A DNA stretch of 63,965 bases, the filler included, from Globobulimina sp. (Eukaryota): assembly GCA_003354225.1 (NCBI GenBank). It is 30 parts of 30 records of this genome, joined end to end, with 100 filler letters (N's around TTAATTAATTAA, not from the genome) between each part and the next. Parts side by side here need not be neighbours in the genome. Positions count along the whole stretch, not along the records: positions 57,664 to 59,697 come from PIVH01009567.1; positions 59,798 to 61,831 come from PIVH01009568.1; positions 61,932 to 63,965 come from PIVH01009569.1; 27 more parts are not named here. One strand, given 5' to 3'. A program made the position numbers and the translations under genes. The notes beneath the pieces were generated by a model. That model saw only the letters and a list, made by a program, of their open reading frames with translations. It was not told where the DNA came from and did no database searches. This document shows, piece by piece, positions 58,558 through 63,965 of the stretch. Numbering within the stretch: position 1 is the first letter of the stretch; the number at the start of each line of letters is the position of its first letter.

Positions 58558-59211
58558 TTAAGTCCCTTGACTATGATTCAAAATAAACGACGTCGGCGGC
58601 GATATATTATGATTATAACGCAGCATTTGCCGCCTTCGCATTTCCCGACAATACTCCCAATTTTCAGTATATGAGTAATTTTGCCATAATCGCCGTCTTT
58701 GATATAACGAATCCAACATATTATCAGATTCATCATCATCATCACCGCCACTTTCCGATGGTTCACTGCCACATAATCTGCGTCTTTCGCGTGGTGGCGG
58801 CGACATATTATCAGATGCGACATCATCATCACATTCATCATCATCATCACTGCCACATTCCATTTTATCCGATTCTTTCACATCACTGCCATCCACATCA
58901 CTGCCATCCACATCACTGCCATCCACATCACTGCCATCCACATCACTGCCATCCACATCACTGCCATCCGATTCCGCCGGTTCATACGCCGGCAATTCCA
59001 CATCACTGGTAATTCCATCATCGAATACCAATCGCGTCCTCTTCCCAGAATTTCGCATATCGATCAACAGGCCATAAAATGAGTCGGACGATTGTGACCC
59101 TGGCGTTAATCCTCCACAACCTACAATGACTGTTGATGCCGCTGATGATGACTCTTCATATTCATATCGAGAGTCTGGCGGCGACGTAGAGGGTTGCGGT
59201 GAGCTTGACAT
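58558..59211 (-). CDS. Acidic low-complexity protein with (GSDVD)n repeats, paralog 2
   Basis: 217-aa ORF with a 15-bp repeat expansion and NLS-like PPPRERRRL. Confidence 0.7.
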   Translation of the reverse strand: MSSSPQPSTSPPDSRYEYEESSSAASTVIVGCGGLTPGSQSSDSFYGLLIDMRNSGKRTRLVFDDGITSDVELPAYEPAESDGSDVDGSDVDGSDVDGSDVDGSDVDGSDVKESDKMECGSDDDDECDDDVASDNMSPPPRERRRLCGSEPSESGGDDDDESDNMLDSLYQRRRLWQNYSYTENWEYCREMRRRQMLRYNHNISPPTSFILNHSQGT

Positions 59212-59797
59212 GTTGATGGTGGAAGTGACTGTTTTAAGTGACTAAATTTAAATAAATAAACTAACTAAATTTAAATAAATTATTTATGAAACATAGAATT
59301 TCAGTTTGAAACTATACAAGCTTTGACTGAGGCAGTTAGTGACTGGTTTAAGTTAGTGACTATAAATAAATGTAAAACAAAAAAAACAAACGTACAAAAT
59401 CACCATATGCGATATGGTATATGTCTTGTTATCAATTATATTCTCACCTAATTTCAATGGGATTATGGCACCGCTTAATTTATTTTCACCATTCTTCAAT
59501 GGTTGACTTGTTTGTATTGAGTAATCAGGCATTGATAGCGTAGCTCCTTGGCTTATTCCACATTTTTGTTGGATACATCCAACTTTTTTCTTATTGACGT
59601 GGACCAGTAATAAATTATTATTTTCAACATCTTTTTTTATTCGATATATTCTTCTATCTATCCCTGGCTGTTCATGGTATGATTGTGTCCTTAATACNNN
59701 NNNNNNNNNNNNNNNNNNNNNNNNNNNNNNNNNNNNNNNNNTTAATTAATTAANNNNNNNNNNNNNNNNNNNNNNNNNNNNNNNNNNNNNNNNNNNN

Positions 59798-61831
59798 CCG
59801 TTAAATAAAAATGCTTGGTTTGGATGTTGCGGGACAATGGTCATTGGGAAGTCGTAACAGTTTGCTTTTACACAGTATTCGGTGAGACTTTCGCCCATAT
59901 TACAAGTGGCACGGCCGTTGAGCGGCGGATCTAATGTGGTCGGATCGGTGCAGTCCGTCACTGATTTTGTTCTCACTCCAACGCCACAATCGCCGTTCCA
60001 ATGTTTGTCGTTCTTGTGTCCTGAAACAGAGATAGTTAAAAATTGTGCAAAATAATAATGAATGGTTACCTTTATAATGGCTGGCTTTCAGAGTGGTGCA
60101 TTCGCTCCAATCTGACCATTTTGTTATTAGTGGGTCGTCGTAATGCACAGTGAACGTCGAACTGAAGCCATCTTTCACTATGTTTGAGTCCGTCACTATT
60201 TTCATGCAAACTTCCATCGAATCTCCATTGCGTTCCACGTAATCACCGTCCATATAATACACAAAGGACGGTGTACTTTCATTTTCTTCCCAATTCAATC
60301 CGATTCCAGATACAGTGTCAATTAATTGCGAATTTATATAAACCTTGAAAAAAAAAGTATGTTCTTGCAAAATTATTAAAATAAAAATGTTCTTGAAAAA
60401 TTCTCAAAAAGTTTTGAGTGTGTACACTTAAAGTTTTTGAGTGAAAAACTTCGAAGTAAAAATTCCAAACCTGAACGTAATCAAATCCAATTTCCATATT
60501 TACATCGTAAAGTGTCAAATTTACCTTAAACGCACCTTCCAACTCATTGACATTGATGGCGTCCGCTTGCAAGGTAACTAAATAACAGTACCACATTAAA
60601 ACATTATTATCATAGCTAAATACACTTTTTTTGCCATCAACATCAACGCCGTTAGTCACAGTATTCACAGCTTCGCTTTTATCTAATTTTTTGAGCACAA
60701 CTTGATGTGTTCGATAATCATTGTTCACACATTTCACATCTTCCATTGGCCCCGGATTCGTCAACAAGGTCATATATGGATGTCGTTTGGCTTCTTTTTG
60801 CTGCAAAGTGTGTAAATCCTTCTCCTTCTCAGCATCGCTCGTTTGCTCAGTGACTGGGTTTTTTATACCAAATCTGCTTAAATCTAATTGTTTTAATATA
60901 TCTTTGGGCGATTTAAGCACACCTTTACCGAAATTCATCTTTCTTATATCATCCAAATGTTTTAAATGTTTCTGTGTTCCAAACGGCATTTTATCCCTTA
61001 GGTCCTTGGCAAAATCACGCGGCGGCCGAGGCAGTCCATGTGCATTCTGCAGCCAATCTGCATAAAATTAAAAAATGTCACTTTCAAACGCAAAAAATTC
61101 CAGTTTCAAACTGAAAATCGATACAAAATTCGAAAAAAAGTTTGAAACTAAAACATTGAGCGACAAATTTTGCAGTTTCAAACTAGAAATTTTGTGAATG
61201 CCATACTCGGAAGTTTGCCGCCACGAAATTTCTTAGGATCAGACATATGTTTCCTTGCTTCGGCTTCAATGTCGCCGGCACCTTCATCGCCCTTTGAATG
61301 TGGATTAATTATATTGGCAGGATTCGGCAACGCATGCAACGGATCGAAACGATGCATGCCATTCAAACCCATATGGATGCCGCCCAATAATCGCCGCGTA
61401 GTCTGGCCTTCGGTTTGTTTGTTTTTTTTATTTTGCTGCCTTCTTTTTTTCCTGTCCTCACGTATCTGTTTCTGCAACGCCTTCTTTTTCTGTTTGTCAG
61501 CATCGGTCAAATCGTCCTTATTCACGGAGTCCACCAATTCGATTTCTTCCTTTTCTTGCTGTGTTTGGAAATCAGCCCAACTAAAATCCACTGCTTCGGT
61601 GAGATATTGCGGCGAAGGCACCCACGAACCATGTTTGATGGCGATGAAATTATAAATGCTGTCATCAGACAATACGTTGCATTCTTCGTCGATGTCAGTT
61701 GGTTTATACAATTGCTGTAACAATGGGTTTCTATAAATTGGTTGGAAATCATTTAATTCCTCCTCTAAGGCCACAATGGCTTGGATTTCGATGGCGTCCG
61801 TGGTGGAATTGGTGCTGTTGTCGTTTACGCC
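59798..61831 (-). CDS. Multi-exon extracellular protein with CUB-like and TSP1 domains, partial
   Basis: EIGFDYVQ|VY...IVTDS...DGF (CUB-like), WSDWSECT and CGVGVRTKSVTDC (TSP1); GT-AG introns. Confidence 0.7.
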
Positions 61832-61931
61832 NNNNNNNNNNNNNNNNNNNNNNNNNNNNNNNNNNNNNNNNNNNNTTAATTAATTAANNNNNNNNNNNNN
61901 NNNNNNNNNNNNNNNNNNNNNNNNNNNNNNN

Positions 61932-62132
61932 TATCCAGTAAAAGAAGCCTGGAGACCATGGACACCTTCGCAATCAACAATGGGTGGCTATGTGCAAATT
62001 TATGAAACTGGCACAAATTTCACATATTTAACAGTGAGAGGTGCAGGGCATATGGCTGCACAATACAGACCTTTTCAATCATTGTCAATGTATGACACAT
62101 TTTTAAATAATGGATTGTATGCTTATTATTAA
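61932..62132 (+). CDS. Serine carboxypeptidase (S10) C-terminus
   Basis: WRPW...GGYVQIY...FTYLTVRGAGHM..QYRP with the catalytic His. Not in the supplied ORF track. Confidence 0.92.
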   Translation, partial: YPVKEAWRPWTPSQSTMGGYVQIYETGTNFTYLTVRGAGHMAAQYRPFQSLSMYDTFLNNGLYAYY

Positions 62133-62531
62133 CAATGAAAACGTTGTAATCATCATAAAGCCAATTCGTTTCACTAATATTTTGTTTCTGAAGTGAATGT
62201 AACAAAAAACTCATTTCGGATATTTACTATTATATTTAGATCAAAAAAAAACAATAAATACAAATCAAACAAAAAAATAGAACCACACAAAACAATGAGG
62301 ATGGCTGAGGGAGACACTTTGGGCAAACAATATTAATTAAAGTCTTTTAAAAATATTAATTATTGCAAAATGTAAGCAACAGTCCATATTACAGAACCAA
62401 AACAATATATTATTTACCTAATATTTTAAAACTATACAAAAACAAAAAAACAACAAAAAAACGAAATGGTTCTCAATGCGGACTGTGCAACACTGCATTT
62501 TTTATATATTACAGTATGAAAATAAATTAAA

Positions 62532-63965
62532 TCATTCAAGGAAATCCCGTGTTTCATCTCCATCATTTCCATCCATTCCATCCTCATCAATAAGTAATTC
62601 TGGATTTTCCATACCATACGGCCGCGGCGGAGCCGGTTGCATTTCCAACGGCTGCGGTGGAGGCGGTTGCATTTCTTCTTCAATTTCACCACTACCGACC
62701 CGAGTGAAAATATCCTCATCGCCAGCACTCGCACTCGTAATTTTCATCATTTCTGCCGCCTTCATCTTCTTCTTAGGCACATTATTGCCAATTTGAGCAG
62801 TGGCTCCTTGTTCATTTTCTTTGTTTGCTTTTTTCGATCTATAAACACACGATATAACTATTAATAAAACAAAACATAAAACAGCACCAATAATAATAGC
62901 AGTAAGCGCACCGCCACTCACATCCCCATTATTAACAACTGCCGCATGTCCCACTGCATTCAAATCGACCAAAGTCATAAAATGCCGAATTTGATCCGAT
63001 TCAGCCACGGCCAATAAATCTCTTCTTCTTCTTCCCGCCTCCACTGATATGGTAACTTGCATTTGAACGAATAAATGTTCATTTTTAACATCCAAATCGC
63101 GGGGTATTACAAAAAAAAATCTATTTTTCTCATCTAATATATTTGCTGTATAATTCGCTGTACTTTCACCATTTGATAAAAAAATATATGGCAATTTATA
63201 CTCATTCACTAAACATCCGCCAATACCCTCTGCCGTTTCTGTATCAGTTAAATTTACACCGTTTGTTCTCTCCGTTGAACAGGCCCAGACATTACTTACT
63301 CGAACCTCAGAAATCTCATAAAATGCATCATCGAACACATTCACCTCAATAAAAACACTCTCGCCTCGCTTATATTTGTTACTATTCTCATTTTTCTTGT
63401 GTTTATATGACGAATCTTTATAAAAATCTATATTATATTTGAATACATGTTGATACACTCCAATGTCACATATTTTATCTTCAAACGCAAAATTATCGGT
63501 CGTTAATGTAGTAAAAAATTTGTTAACATTACCAACAAATCCATTTCTTTGTAAATAATCCAAACATATTTTTTTTTCTGTATATTCTCCAGTACAGCCG
63601 GCTTTAAATTGATATTTAAAATTGCCATCTAAGTCAATATCACAATTCCTTTGTTCATAGTCAATATTCCAATATTGAATGCAATGATCGCTGAAACAAA
63701 ATGAGTTCTCTGTTAACTGAGTTATAGAATTTATATCTGCAAAAGGAAAACCTAATGGATATTCCAACATTGCACTAAAACCTAAGCCCACATAGTGACT
63801 GGTAAACGTTACTAATATCAATGAAAAGGATTTCTCGTCATTTCTCCAATGGGATACAATAAATATATCAAACAAATCCGTGCCATCAATAGTGAAATCC
63901 GTTGGGGATGGCGTGGGATTCTTGGTAACTGCGGTCGGCGCGGCGGAGGTAGGCGCATTGGTTAC
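62532..63965 (-). CDS. Single-pass surface protein with PT repeats, a ZP-like domain and a RRRR furin-type site, 5' partial
   Basis: GESVFIEV...NVWACST...GGCL...RFFF...LFVQMQV, then GRRRRDLL, a hydrophobic patch and a TM helix. Confidence 0.7.
   Translation of the reverse strand, partial: VTNAPTSAAPTAVTKNPTPSPTDFTIDGTDLFDIFIVSHWRNDEKSFSLILVTFTSHYVGLGFSAMLEYPLGFPFADINSITQLTENSFCFSDHCIQYWNIDYEQRNCDIDLDGNFKYQFKAGCTGEYTEKKICLDYLQRNGFVGNVNKFFTTLTTDNFAFEDKICDIGVYQHVFKYNIDFYKDSSYKHKKNENSNKYKRGESVFIEVNVFDDAFYEISEVRVSNVWACSTERTNGVNLTDTETAEGIGGCLVNEYKLPYIFLSNGESTANYTANILDEKNRFFFVIPRDLDVKNEHLFVQMQVTISVEAGRRRRDLLAVAESDQIRHFMTLVDLNAVGHAAVVNNGDVSGGALTAIIIGAVLCFVLLIVISCVYRSKKANKENEQGATAQIGNNVPKKKMKAAEMMKITSASAGDEDIFTRVGSGEIEEEMQPPPPQPLEMQPAPPRPYGMENPELLIDEDGMDGNDGDETRDFLE

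Overview
This window is not a continuous locus. It is 30 unrelated contigs of 2034-2037 bp, sorted by length and joined by identical 100-nt artificial linkers (44 N + TTAATTAATTAA + 44 N), so nothing can be inferred from neighbourhood across a linker. Most contigs are AT-rich eukaryotic DNA with short GT-AG introns; a foraminiferan/rhizarian-like protist is inferred, not proven. Recognisable genes include GABA transaminase, a four-domain Ca-type channel, SBDS, G-alpha, a pLGIC, a TBC Rab-GAP, a CAMK kinase, PH, TLDc, C-type lectin, LRR and DMT proteins, and a serine carboxypeptidase. There is also one giant-virus-like contig, Bacteroidetes-like DNA, a Ty3/gypsy gag-protease and several likely chimeric junctions. 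Three signals stand out. (1) Two diverged copies, on separate contigs, of a terminal-inverted-repeat element; its decayed ORF stops inside the first bases of a 64-nt tRNA-like cloverleaf that has Pol III A/B boxes and a T-run. (2) A eukaryotic RelA/SpoT-like nucleotidyltransferase fused to ankyrin repeats. (3) A ~285-bp imperfect palindrome capped by three GC-rich GAA/TTC mini-hairpins, lying between tandem paralogs. All family calls come from motif recognition by eye, not database searches.
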